From positions 544,001-608,000 of the forward strand of contig CBDBHR010000029.1 of NCBI GenBank assembly GCA_965205865.1: DNA of 64,000 nucleotides. Reading direction: 5' to 3'. Every line of letters starts with the position of its first letter. Position 1 is the stretch's first letter. The notes below the pieces were generated by a model, which was not told where the DNA came from, made no database searches, and was given only the letters and a program-made list of their open reading frames with translations. Positions 19,673 to 29,862 of this stretch are shown here, in pieces. A program made the translations under genes and the position numbers. The stretch is from a bacterium (GTDB lineage Bacteria; SAR324; NAC60-12).

Positions 19673-20455
19673 ATGCCATACCAACCTTTCGACTTGGGGG
19701 GAAAAGTAGTTCTGATCACCGGAGGAAACGGTGGCATTGGGCTGGGATTTGCGGAAGCAGTGGCCCAGGCGGGTGCGAATGTTTGTATTTGGGGCACTAA
19801 TGAATCCAAAAACACGGCTGCCCTTGCAAAGCTCAAATCCTATGGAACCAATGTTGCTGCTATGAAGTGCAATGTGGACAGCGAATCCGAAGTGGAATCC
19901 TGCTTTGCCGATTTTCTGCAAGAATTCGGTCGTGTCGATGGCTGTTTTGCCAATGCGGGAATAGGAGGCGGGGGGCCCGTTTTTCCGGAGATGACCAGTG
20001 AGCAATGGGAACGGATTTTCAGAGTCAATTTATTTGGCGCTTTCTACTGCTTGCGCGCAGCATCCCGTCACATGGTGGAACGTGCTGGAAACGGAGACCC
20101 GGGTGGTCGTCTGATTGGAACTGCCAGTCTGGCGGCAATCAGTGGGGCGCCTCGCAGCGAACACTATGCCGCAACCAAAGGAGGGATGATTTCTATGATG
20201 CGGGGACTTGCAGTTGAATTGGCGCGATATGGCGTGACCGCCCATTCTGTCTTGCCAGGTTGGATTGAAACCGCCATGACCGATGGAATTATTCATGGCG
20301 AAGCGTTTACCAGCAAAGTTCTGCCGCGTATTCCCCAACGCCGCTGGGGAAAACCCGAGGATTTTGGCGCTATTGCCGTCTATATCATGAGCGATGCCAG
20401 TGCTTATCACACCGGAGATGAATTTGTAATCGACGGAGGCTACTTTCTCTTTTGA
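19673..20455 (+). CDS. SDR family oxidoreductase
   Basis: TGGNGGIG, ANAG, YAATK, PG. Confidence 0.95.
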   Translation: MPYQPFDLGGKVVLITGGNGGIGLGFAEAVAQAGANVCIWGTNESKNTAALAKLKSYGTNVAAMKCNVDSESEVESCFADFLQEFGRVDGCFANAGIGGGGPVFPEMTSEQWERIFRVNLFGAFYCLRAASRHMVERAGNGDPGGRLIGTASLAAISGAPRSEHYAATKGGMISMMRGLAVELARYGVTAHSVLPGWIETAMTDGIIHGEAFTSKVLPRIPQRRWGKPEDFGAIAVYIMSDASAYHTGDEFVIDGGYFLF

Positions 20456-20468
20456 TCGAGATCTTTTC

Positions 20469-22187
20469 ATGGGTTTCGCGCTTCCCTATTATCTTAAAAA
20501 ATTATCGTTGGCAGCCCTGATAGGACGGAATCCCTCCCCTGACCGCTCCCTCGAGGAGAGGTGGATTTTAAAGAGCTGGCTTCCTTTCATTGCAATTACA
20601 GTTGCAATACTGCATCCTTGCCTGGCAGATGCGCCTGCGGGGTCCCGAAGAACTGTTGTGCTTGCCGTCACCTCGGATTTACACGGATGGTTGTCCACGG
20701 GTAGCTTGTTTCCGCTTGAAAAGCTTCGTGGAATTTTGCATGTGGGTCCCATTATTGAAGCATTGCGACGTGATTACCCCCAGTTGATTTTGCTGGATGC
20801 CGGAGATACCTTGCAAGGAAGTCCTACCAACTATTATTTCAATTACCATGCGCTTTCCGATCAACCCTTGCCCATCGTCAAATTGATGAATCGACTGCAA
20901 TACGATGCCGTAGTATTGGGAAACCATGATCTGGAGCCACCCCTCGCTGTCCTGCGCAAGAACCTTCGCGGTTCTCGTTTTCCCTGGCTGGCTGCCAATT
21001 TGCTTAGAGAAGACGGAATCCCCTTCCTCCGTCCCTATCATATCCTGGAACGTCAAGGCGTGCTTATTGGCGTCTTGGGGCTGATCACTCCCGGAACCCA
21101 AATGTGGATCAATGAGTCCCATTTGGAAAACCTGGAGTTTCAAGACATGTTCGCCGCAACGAAAAAATGGGTTCCGCTTCTCAAAGAAGAGCATCATGTG
21201 GATTTATTGATCGGATTGTTTCATAGTGGACACAATGTTTCCTACGACCAATGGGCCTCGTTGAATGAAGGGGTTCCGATTGCCAATGCAGCCGGTTTAG
21301 TGGCCGACTATCAGGAGGGAATGGATCTGATCATTTCAGGACACGCCCATCAAACTTACCCCAAGCGCCGCACCGCTAACTTGCGGAAATTTCGCGTTCC
21401 CGTGGTCAGCCCCGGATTCTGGGGAATGGGAGTGAGTGTGATCAAATTCTTTCTCGAGGAACGCCAGGGAAAATGGATCACGGAGAAAATGGAATTTGAA
21501 TTTCTTCACGCTTCCCCTGCCGTTTCTGCGGATCTACAAAACTCAATTTCCCCTGATATCGAGCAAGTTCGCCAATATCTGGAAACCCCGACCGAAGTTC
21601 AACTTTTCGCAATACCTAGCCGGGAGGAGTTTTACCAATGTGGCGCAGCTTTGTCCCATCAAGCGATTGCCGGAAGCCCCGGTGCTCCCATACTCTCCCT
21701 GTTGCCAAGGTGGAAATGGCATGAAATACCGGCCCAGGAACTCCAGCTTCCGCTGAAGAGACTGCATTTGTTCCGTTGGCTCCCATATGACAATTTCCTC
21801 ATACAAACCCGCTTGTATGGACGACAAATTCACATTCTTTTGAGATCTTATCAAAGACTGTTAGAAGAAAAAAATTATCGCTCCGGTTCCTTGCTCATTC
21901 CGGGGGGTTTTCAAGCGCATTTGCGGAATAATGGGGGGACTCCTTCCTTGAAACTCATCCGGAACGAACAGACCATGTCACCCTTCGAATCGTATCCGGT
22001 ATGGTTGACCAATTATCATTGGAACGGGGGAGGTGGGATGAGAGGAGAAGCATTGGCGCATGCATCTCAAAAAATCGCAGAATCCCGGCAGACTCTGAGG
22101 GAGCTCGTCTTTTCCCACTTGCAATTTTTTAGTGGCGAACTGCCCCCTGCTTGCGCAACTTTTCTGAAAAAAATTAACGATTCCTGA
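20469..22187 (+). CDS. Bifunctional metallophosphatase/5'-nucleotidase (true start probably ~20560)
   Basis: TSDLHG, DAGD, GNHD, GHAH; the annotated 5' end includes a palindromic repeat. Confidence 0.85.
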   Translation: MGFALPYYLKKLSLAALIGRNPSPDRSLEERWILKSWLPFIAITVAILHPCLADAPAGSRRTVVLAVTSDLHGWLSTGSLFPLEKLRGILHVGPIIEALRRDYPQLILLDAGDTLQGSPTNYYFNYHALSDQPLPIVKLMNRLQYDAVVLGNHDLEPPLAVLRKNLRGSRFPWLAANLLREDGIPFLRPYHILERQGVLIGVLGLITPGTQMWINESHLENLEFQDMFAATKKWVPLLKEEHHVDLLIGLFHSGHNVSYDQWASLNEGVPIANAAGLVADYQEGMDLIISGHAHQTYPKRRTANLRKFRVPVVSPGFWGMGVSVIKFFLEERQGKWITEKMEFEFLHASPAVSADLQNSISPDIEQVRQYLETPTEVQLFAIPSREEFYQCGAALSHQAIAGSPGAPILSLLPRWKWHEIPAQELQLPLKRLHLFRWLPYDNFLIQTRLYGRQIHILLRSYQRLLEEKNYRSGSLLIPGGFQAHLRNNGGTPSLKLIRNEQTMSPFESYPVWLTNYHWNGGGGMRGEALAHASQKIAESRQTLRELVFSHLQFFSGELPPACATFLKKINDS

Positions 22188-22200
22188 TTCCTGACAATCT

Positions 22201-24330
22201 CTAATTTTGGGACAATTTTTGCCCGCCTGTTTCTAAATAGCGGATGTAGTCTTCCAGGACAAAGACACTCTCTTCCAAATAGACATTTTTCCCAGCATAC
22301 TCAAAGCGCTCCGCCGTCAGAGGATCAGAAGCTTCATTAGCGTTTTCTTCTGATTCACCAACACTTTTTTCCTGAACATTCATGATGCGTTCTTCCATTG
22401 CTTCCCTGGCTTCAAGGCGTTGTGCTTCGTTTTTTCCGAATTCTTCCCGAATGCCCAGAATGGTTGTGTATTCTCGTGGTTTGACATGGGTTAAATATTC
22501 ATCAATAACTTTCTGCGTCTCTTGAAAGAGTGGATGCTCGCTGATCCTTTTTTGAGAAAGTTCGAGAAGCGTGGATAAATAGTTTTGAATGCTTTGATCC
22601 TGTTTGTAAGCAAGTGGTTTGATTTTTTTCCAGGGAAGGGCGTTGTCCAAATGCGATTCTCCAATCTCCCTGTGATTGTTGAGCGAGGGCAGTACAATAT
22701 CCGGCACGACCCCCTTATTTTGAGTGGAGCCTCCGGAAACACGGTAAAACTGAGCAACGGTCACTTTCAAGGCGCCATATTTTTCAGGAAGCCTGGCAAT
22801 GTTTTGTACGGTCCCTTTACCAAAGGTGGATTTATCTCCAATCAAAATGGCGCGTCCATAATCTTGCAACGCTCCTGCCAAAATCTCTGATGCCGACGCA
22901 CTGTAGTGATTGAGCAAAATCAGCAGAGGGCCATGATATACCTGGCTTTGCCGGCTTCTACGGATATCTTTGTCACCAAACGAAGTCCGCACCATCACAG
23001 CCGGTTTTTTACCGACAAAGAGCCCGACCATGTCGATGGCTTCATCAAGCCCACCCCCTCCATTGTTGCGCAGATCGAGGACGACGCCATCCACATTGTC
23101 TTCGACGAACTGTTCCAGGATTTTTTTCACGTCCCGGGTTGCGCTCTTGTAGTCTCGCTGGTTTTTGCGCCGTCCTTCAAAATCAGTATAAAAGGAGGGT
23201 AGATGGATCAAGCCGATAGTATATTCATTGGGACCTTGGAAATCGTCGCTTGCCGGGGTACTGGGCGTGAAAACATAGGATTTTGCTTCACCATCCTTCA
23301 ACACGATTTTTTCCCGGATAATGGCAATGGTAAGGATGGAATCCCCGGCTTCGGTCTTGCGCATGACTTGCAGACGAACTTTTGTGCCACGCTTGCCTCG
23401 GATTAGTTGAACCACGTCAGTCAAGCGGATATCCACGACGCTTTCAAACGAATCATCTCCCTGAGCAACAGCCAAAATACGGTCGTTGACCAGAAGGCTC
23501 CCTTCACGAAAAGCTGCTCCTCCGGGAACAACGGAATTCACCACAGTGTATCCGTTGTCCCAACGGAGAACGGCTCCGATCCCTTCCAGGGAAAGTCTGA
23601 TGTTGATTTCAAAATTCTTCTGATCATGAGGTTCCATATAGGTCGAATGGGGATCATAACCGCTGGTGAACGCGTTGAGATATATTGCCACCACATTGTT
23701 ATCCGTGAATTGGGAAAAATTTTTCCAGTTTGACTGTGCTCTTTGCAATAAGCGTTTTTTGGCTTCTTCTTCGGAGTCACCACCCAATACCAGAGTCAGC
23801 AGTTCAAACTTGAATTTGAGCCTCCAGAGCTTTTGTGCCGTTTCAAGACTCTCAGGATAAGGCTCCTGATCCCGGTCAATTTTCATGGAAGCATCAATAT
23901 TGAAATCAAAATCTTCTTTTTCCAATATCTCCACGTATTCCAAGTGCTCTGCGATGCGGGTTTTGAAGCGCGTGAAGATGCGCAGCGCGAGCTCAATGTC
24001 TTCCTGTTCCAACAGATCATCAATGCGGTCCTCATATTCAAGAAATTCATCGATATCCGCCTGTCGAAAATAATAATGTCCCGGGTCGAGGCGGCTGAGG
24101 TAGGTATTGAGCATCTTGCGTGAAAGATCATCGTCAATCGGCTTTTGAGCATAATGCATCGAGGCAAAGTGATGGGCAATCCTGGTAACAGTGGGTCCTG
24201 TTAAAGGCGCATCGTCCTCTTTGGCTTCAATCAAAAATGACTGGCTGAAAACTAAAAAACAAAAAACGAATGTGGCAAGAGATTTGAGATGCATGGTCAT
24301 TTTTTGAGATGGAGTGAAAAATTGTTCCAC
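22201..24330 (-). CDS. prc: Carboxy-terminal processing protease (S41, Prc/Tsp)
   Basis: DPHSTY, PDZ GIGAVL, DLRNNGGG, SASASEI, GKGTVQ. Confidence 0.95.
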   Translation of the reverse strand: MEQFFTPSQKMTMHLKSLATFVFCFLVFSQSFLIEAKEDDAPLTGPTVTRIAHHFASMHYAQKPIDDDLSRKMLNTYLSRLDPGHYYFRQADIDEFLEYEDRIDDLLEQEDIELALRIFTRFKTRIAEHLEYVEILEKEDFDFNIDASMKIDRDQEPYPESLETAQKLWRLKFKFELLTLVLGGDSEEEAKKRLLQRAQSNWKNFSQFTDNNVVAIYLNAFTSGYDPHSTYMEPHDQKNFEINIRLSLEGIGAVLRWDNGYTVVNSVVPGGAAFREGSLLVNDRILAVAQGDDSFESVVDIRLTDVVQLIRGKRGTKVRLQVMRKTEAGDSILTIAIIREKIVLKDGEAKSYVFTPSTPASDDFQGPNEYTIGLIHLPSFYTDFEGRRKNQRDYKSATRDVKKILEQFVEDNVDGVVLDLRNNGGGGLDEAIDMVGLFVGKKPAVMVRTSFGDKDIRRSRQSQVYHGPLLILLNHYSASASEILAGALQDYGRAILIGDKSTFGKGTVQNIARLPEKYGALKVTVAQFYRVSGGSTQNKGVVPDIVLPSLNNHREIGESHLDNALPWKKIKPLAYKQDQSIQNYLSTLLELSQKRISEHPLFQETQKVIDEYLTHVKPREYTTILGIREEFGKNEAQRLEAREAMEERIMNVQEKSVGESEENANEASDPLTAERFEYAGKNVYLEESVFVLEDYIRYLETGGQKLSQN

Positions 24331-24479
24331 GTTATCAGTTCAAAAATACATGTTCCATACCTGATATACAATCACTATTCGCATCTTTGAGGATTGCAGA
24401 CTTTGCGCATTTCAGGCAGTCGTCTTCCATCAATAAAAAATTCTCTGATCATTTTAGCGCTTTTTGGAATTTCCAACAA

Positions 24480-25112
24480 TCAATAAGCGCAAATTCGCAC
24501 AGGAGCCGAAAGCATGGCGCCATAAACATAAGCCGGAGTGACCAGGTAGTTAGAAATGAGGAACAGCATAAAAATGCCAACCAGCGGAGAAAGGTCAATC
24601 CGCATGCGGGGGAGGTATCGTTGAATGGGGGTGATCAGAGGTTCGGCCAGCAGGTGTACAACACGGACAATCGGGTTGTTGAATGCCGGTGAGACCAAGG
24701 TCAATATAAACCAAATTCCTAAAATAATAATCGCAAACCAGATGACACTGTAAGTGACAATCCCTATTCCTTGTATCGCATGGCCCCCAATTTGAAAGAG
24801 GACGGTTTCCAGGCCAATCATTTGCTGCATAAAAAGATTGAGAGTTTGCGCCGATGCGGGAATCAGGGTATGCAGGAAAATGACAACCAGTAAGGCAACG
24901 TAAGCATTGAAGAGTTGCAGAGAGGCGGGCAGGCGCTGATAGCACCATGCCCATAAAGGATAGGTCACCCGGTTCACCCAGCGTACAATGGGATTGTAGG
25001 GGTCCGGGGTCACCCAAGTGAGGAAAATTGCGATAATTGTGATCCACTTGTAAACCCAAAAGACAAAACAAAGGGCCTGTGCCAGAAAATCAACAGCCTG
25101 GAAGAGCATCAT
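24480..25112 (-). CDS. YggT family membrane protein (two YggT repeats)
   Basis: WVTPDPYNPIVR and NNPIVR..EP..IDLSPL; ATGA overlap with upstream gene. Confidence 0.85.
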   Translation of the reverse strand: MMLFQAVDFLAQALCFVFWVYKWITIIAIFLTWVTPDPYNPIVRWVNRVTYPLWAWCYQRLPASLQLFNAYVALLVVIFLHTLIPASAQTLNLFMQQMIGLETVLFQIGGHAIQGIGIVTYSVIWFAIIILGIWFILTLVSPAFNNPIVRVVHLLAEPLITPIQRYLPRMRIDLSPLVGIFMLFLISNYLVTPAYVYGAMLSAPVRICAY

Positions 25113-25510
25113 CGTAAATCTTTCACGGCGGTAAAGGATTCTCCACAGCCACATTGATATCCATTGATGAGCTGTTGGAAAACGAAACCTTGCTCTACCA
25201 TGTTGGCATCCGTGTAATCGATTTCTACAGAACCCAATATCTCAGTCAAACAGGTTTTGTCCACCACAATATTGACGCCATGCGAAATAAATTTCTCATC
25301 CTCTGCTTTTATATCACCCTCGGTATTGAAATCCAATTCATAACGATATCCGGAACACCCACCGGGGTTGGCATCGATTCGCAGAAATGAATCCTCGAGC
25401 TCCTTCCCTTCTTCCCGGCATGATTGTTTGAAGATCTCTGCGGCTTTTTCCGTTAGTACCACTTTGGCTCCTGAATCGGAAAACCAGAGAGATTGACCAG
25501 TATCTGACAT
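25109..25510 (-). CDS. A-type Fe-S carrier (IscA/HesB family)
   Basis: GGCSGYRY and CGCGESF. Confidence 0.92.
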   Translation of the reverse strand: MSDTGQSLWFSDSGAKVVLTEKAAEIFKQSCREEGKELEDSFLRIDANPGGCSGYRYELDFNTEGDIKAEDEKFISHGVNIVVDKTCLTEILGSVEIDYTDANMVEQGFVFQQLINGYQCGCGESFTAVKDLR

Positions 25511-25549
25511 AGTAGTTCCTCAAGGTGAATAATGTTCAATGGATTCAAA

Positions 25550-26269
25550 TTAATACAGTGGAATCGCAGGATCAAAGCTCTGAGACCAGTTATTGATTCC
25601 CCCTTCCACGTGTGAAACATCCTGAAATCCCTGGGACGTGAGAAAGCGTGCTGCATCCAAACTTCTCATTCCATGGTGGCAAATGAGGATAATTGGCGTG
25701 TTTCGATCCCAGGATGACAACATTTCGTCCACCAACTCCTCATCAATCAGCTCAGCGCCTTCAACACGGGCCAATTCCCATTCTTCCGGGGAACGAACAT
25801 CGATGAACCGGCAGTTTGCATCGTTTTTGAGTTGTTCCGCAATCTGTTGGGGCGAGGCAACCTTCACTTCTGCCGGAGCAGGTGGAGGCGTGAATTCGCG
25901 ATCCGGATAGGCTTCCTTCAAGAGTGGCAGCCATTCCCTGGTTTCGGAAAGCTCCGTTACGATATCACAGCCTCCCACAAAGCTTTTGTTGATGTAGAGC
26001 TGGGGGATGGTCGGCCAGTTCGAGTAAGTCTTGATCCCTTCCCGAATATCATGATCCGACAGCACATCGAAAGATTGGAAAGGAATTTCCCATGAGCGCA
26101 GAATCTGCGTCATTTTCGCCGAAAATCCGCATTGCGGAATTTCTGGCGTACCCTTCATGAATAGAAAGACAGGACTGTTTGACACCATCGCCTCGATCCG
26201 CCCTTGGGGATTCCGGGTATTTTGTTCGCTTGACACTTGTGATTGAGAAGAGACTACCTTAAATTTCAT
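25550..26269 (-). CDS. grxD: Monothiol glutaredoxin (Grx4) fused to a rhodanese domain
   Basis: FMKGTP..PQCGFS, WPTIPQLY, GGCD; IDVRS and CHHGMRS. Confidence 0.92.
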   Translation of the reverse strand: MKFKVVSSQSQVSSEQNTRNPQGRIEAMVSNSPVFLFMKGTPEIPQCGFSAKMTQILRSWEIPFQSFDVLSDHDIREGIKTYSNWPTIPQLYINKSFVGGCDIVTELSETREWLPLLKEAYPDREFTPPPAPAEVKVASPQQIAEQLKNDANCRFIDVRSPEEWELARVEGAELIDEELVDEMLSSWDRNTPIILICHHGMRSLDAARFLTSQGFQDVSHVEGGINNWSQSFDPAIPLY

Positions 26270-26297
26270 ACTATTTCCTTTCTTTTTTCAATTGTTT

Positions 26298-26540
26298 TCA
26301 TACAGAGGACTTCCCGTCATTTCCAATCGCTTCGACCGGACACGATTCCAGTGCTTCCACACACAAATCCTCTTCTTCGTCAGTCAAAGGTTGTTTGTAG
26401 ACAAAATCGTGTCCCTCTTCTTCATTGACCTTGAAATTATCGGGGGCGATCTCAGAACACAAATTGCAGTCGATGCATTCCTCATCGACATAATATTTTC
26501 CCGCTACGTTTTCCGGCCATTTCAAATTTAGTTCAGCCAT
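26298..26540 (-). CDS. Ferredoxin (single cluster)
   Basis: CIDCNLC...CP; likely start at MAELNLK. Confidence 0.88.
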   Translation of the reverse strand: MAELNLKWPENVAGKYYVDEECIDCNLCSEIAPDNFKVNEEEGHDFVYKQPLTDEEEDLCVEALESCPVEAIGNDGKSSV

Positions 26541-26961
26541 GATTTCAGGGATTCCTTCCTTTGCTGGGAAAAAGCCAATGCTCCTCAATAAATTCGACGG
26601 AATCGCAAGTCTTTCCAATTTTACGGATAGACTTCCATATGGGAATTGCGCTTCATTAAAAGCGCTCCTGATCGAAAATATTTCCGACTTTCTAAAATAG
26701 CACTATCGCGATTCTCATTCAACCTGAAAAACTCGCGGGTTACTGCCATCCTATCGGTCGATTGAAGCCGAAACTCTTCAGTTTTGCAATTTATTAATGA
26801 GTGCTGAGGAATAGATGGCAAAAAAATTGCTTTTCCTTGTGGAGGATTCAAAGAGGACATCTGAGAAACAATCTCAAATCAGCATTTCCTCCGGATTACG
26901 AGCACTTTCAAGAAATCGCCATACAAGTGTTTGTTAAACACAAATCCAGTTTGTAGTTCTT

Positions 26962-27828
26962 ATGAATACTCAAGAAGGCAATTATTATCAAATTTTGAAT
27001 ATTCCGGAGAATGCCTCTCCCGAAGAAATAGACGAAGCTTATGACTTGGTCTGGCAAAGCTATGAGATGGATGAGTTGGAAAACTATTCCTCGTCTTCCC
27101 ACATGAATGGCGATGCCATCATGCAGCGAATCTCATGCGCTTACATGACATTGATTGATCCCACCACTCGTATTCGTTATGATCAATCACTGCATTCACA
27201 ACCTTCAAGACCTCTTGTTGAAAATGATGCAGGCAAGGCTGGACAGCCCTCTCCTTCTCAAAATTCTTCCTTCTCCATTTTCCACAGGGCATTCAACGGA
27301 ACTCCCCGGCAAAATACTCTTGTTTTGCCCCAAGAGCCCCCTCATCTCTTTTTTGAGAAGTCTCCAGCGAATCTTACGGAAGATGCTCAGGTCTCAGAAA
27401 AAACCTTGTCTTATTCTATGCAGGAAGAACTTACAAAACCTCCCATCTCTCAAAGCAAAGCGTTTGCAGAGTTAATGGAAGACCATTTGGCAACACGTTG
27501 CAAAATCAGAAAAATCATTGAGAAAAAAAACAAAGAAAGTCGCCAGAAAATTGAAAATTTTATCTCGACCATCAAAACTTTCAATGGACAGTTATTGCAA
27601 CAAATCCGACAATTAAAATCCATCAAATTGGTAGAAGTGGCTCAGGAGACCTGTGTGAAAATCACTTACTTGCAAGCTATTGAAAGCGAAGAATTCTCGA
27701 AGTTGCCCAATGGCTTGATTTACGTGAAAAATTATATCCGCGCTTATGCACGGTGTTTGGAGCTACCAGTTCAAAAAATAACGGAAGATTGTCTCGAGCT
27801 TTATGATGTCTGGCAGCAACATACCTGA
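26962..27828 (+). CDS. J-domain-like protein with C-terminal RodZ-like HTH
   Basis: NYYQILNI..AYMTLIDP..RYD; YLQAIESEEF..YIRAYARCL. Confidence 0.8.
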   Translation: MNTQEGNYYQILNIPENASPEEIDEAYDLVWQSYEMDELENYSSSSHMNGDAIMQRISCAYMTLIDPTTRIRYDQSLHSQPSRPLVENDAGKAGQPSPSQNSSFSIFHRAFNGTPRQNTLVLPQEPPHLFFEKSPANLTEDAQVSEKTLSYSMQEELTKPPISQSKAFAELMEDHLATRCKIRKIIEKKNKESRQKIENFISTIKTFNGQLLQQIRQLKSIKLVEVAQETCVKITYLQAIESEEFSKLPNGLIYVKNYIRAYARCLELPVQKITEDCLELYDVWQQHT

Positions 27829-27854
27829 CTCCTGAAAAAGATTGATACGAAATT

Positions 27855-28991
27855 ATGGGCGATTTTTTCCCGGAATATTACACATTTTACTATGTTGGGG
27901 TGACCTTGTTTGCACTGGCAGGGTTGTTCCTCATCGTCAAATTCTTGTTTTTCAGCAAACCCTTCAAATCCAAGGAACCGCAGATTGCATTCAAAAAACT
28001 GAACAATCGTTTTGAAAAAGATCTGCGCAAATTGGAAAAACTGGCCTATGAGCAGCCCCCTCTTCCCAAAGCCGCTCTGAAATTGCTCAGAAAAAACAAA
28101 AAGCGAGAAAAAAAGGCAGAATCGCTTCGCAAAAAAAACCAAGCCAGTACCACTCTCCAAAAAGTCAGGGAGCAACTCGCTGCCCAAATGAAAGTTTCTG
28201 AAATCTTCAATACCCACGCTGCCAAAGTGTATGTGCTTGACTTTGTCGGTGATATCATGGCCCACGCCACCGATCATTTCCGGGAAGAGGTTTCTTTATT
28301 GCTTCAGGTAGCCAGTCCCGCCGATGAAGTGGTGGTCCGTTTGAGTAGTCCTGGTGGTGCGGTCGCCCATTACGGATTGGCCAGTGCCCAATTGACTCGT
28401 CTCAAAAATGCGGGTATGAAAGTGACGATATGCGTCGATGTCATTGCTGCCAGCGGCGGTTATATGATGGCGGCGGTTGCTGATAAAATCGTGGCATCTC
28501 CCTTTGCGTTCATCGGCTCCATCGGCGTCGTCGCCGGAATTCCTAATTTTCACAAAGTCCTGCAAAAACACGATGTCGATTACTATCTCTTCACCTCAGG
28601 GAAATACAAACGCACCGTCACCCCGTTTTATCAAGTCACCGAAGACGACAAACGAAAATTTCAGGAAAATATCGAAGAGATTCACCAGGCCTTCAAAGAA
28701 CACGTCGCCCACAATCGCCAAAGTCTGGACATCGAGGACGTGGCCACCGGAGACTACTGGTTGGCCACACAAGCCAAAGAACGAGGATTGGTCGATGAAA
28801 TCATGACCAGTGACGAATATTTGTCATCCAAAATGAAAGATTTCGACGTGATCGAAATCAAAACACTCGACCACCGCCATCGGCTCGAACAGTTTTTCCA
28901 GCGAAACATGGACGCGCTGAAGGGATGGCTGCAGGTTTATTTCACTGACGAAAGAAGCCCGGTTAACGATGCGCACACCTTGTATCATTAA
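27855..28991 (+). CDS. sohB: Protease SohB (S49)
   Basis: LSSPGG..YGLASAQL, AASGGYMMA, GSIGVV, GKYKRT. Confidence 0.92.
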   Translation: MGDFFPEYYTFYYVGVTLFALAGLFLIVKFLFFSKPFKSKEPQIAFKKLNNRFEKDLRKLEKLAYEQPPLPKAALKLLRKNKKREKKAESLRKKNQASTTLQKVREQLAAQMKVSEIFNTHAAKVYVLDFVGDIMAHATDHFREEVSLLLQVASPADEVVVRLSSPGGAVAHYGLASAQLTRLKNAGMKVTICVDVIAASGGYMMAAVADKIVASPFAFIGSIGVVAGIPNFHKVLQKHDVDYYLFTSGKYKRTVTPFYQVTEDDKRKFQENIEEIHQAFKEHVAHNRQSLDIEDVATGDYWLATQAKERGLVDEIMTSDEYLSSKMKDFDVIEIKTLDHRHRLEQFFQRNMDALKGWLQVYFTDERSPVNDAHTLYH

Positions 28992-29115
28992 AATATCAGA
29001 AAACCCCCGTAGTTGTTCCGCAATCCATCCACTCTCCCGGGAGTCTATGGGTGTCTCATGCAAAATATGAAGAGTCCGGCAGGCACCATTCGGTAAGGCG
29101 GTCCGGCATCTTGTT

Positions 29116-29862
29116 TCATGAACCCTCCAGTAAGCGGGTGATTTCCCGGGAGGTCAGTAAGCGTGACATTCCTGGTTGCAATCCTTCCAATGTGATACTG
29201 CCAATGCTGTAGCGTTTGATCCTCAAGACCCGGTAGCCCACGCTCTGAAACATTTTTTTTATTTGTCGATTTTTGCCTTCCTGCAAAGAAACCTCCAGCC
29301 ATGATTTATCATTGACCCAGTGAATCATTTTCACCCGGATTGGCAAATGCTGTCTACCTTGCAAGCGTGGACCCTTTCTGAGCCCTGTCAATTCCGAGTC
29401 GGCAATCTTTCCTTTCAATTTGACGAAGTAGGTTTTCCAAAGTTTATATTTCGGATGGATTGCCTGTTCTGCAAAGTCACCATCGTTGGTAATCAGCAAT
29501 AGCCCTTCGGCATCATAGTCTAAGCGTCCTACGGGAAAGAGCGCGTGTCCGGATTGAGGAAAATATTCTTTGACTGTGGAACGCCCTTCCGGATCGTTTA
29601 AAGTGGTGACGCAATTCCTGGGTTTGTAAATGGCATAGACGACTCTTTCCCGGTTCAGCCACCGCACCGGTTTACCCTCGACGGTTAGCCGATCGTTATT
29701 CACCTTCATACGCTGTCCCAGGGTCGCTGGCAAACCATTGAGCTTGACTTTTCCGGCAGAAATCAGCTCTTCGGCGGCTCTTCTGGAAGCAATACCCGCT
29801 TTTGCTATGACTTTTTGGATACGGATTCCCTGCACTTTCTCAGGATTTGACATCTGGCTCAC
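29116..29862 (-). CDS. rluB: rRNA pseudouridine synthase (RluB/RsuA family)
   Basis: S4 domain, VGRLDYD, EGKNRQIKKM. Confidence 0.88.
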   Translation of the reverse strand: MSQMSNPEKVQGIRIQKVIAKAGIASRRAAEELISAGKVKLNGLPATLGQRMKVNNDRLTVEGKPVRWLNRERVVYAIYKPRNCVTTLNDPEGRSTVKEYFPQSGHALFPVGRLDYDAEGLLLITNDGDFAEQAIHPKYKLWKTYFVKLKGKIADSELTGLRKGPRLQGRQHLPIRVKMIHWVNDKSWLEVSLQEGKNRQIKKMFQSVGYRVLRIKRYSIGSITLEGLQPGMSRLLTSREITRLLEGS

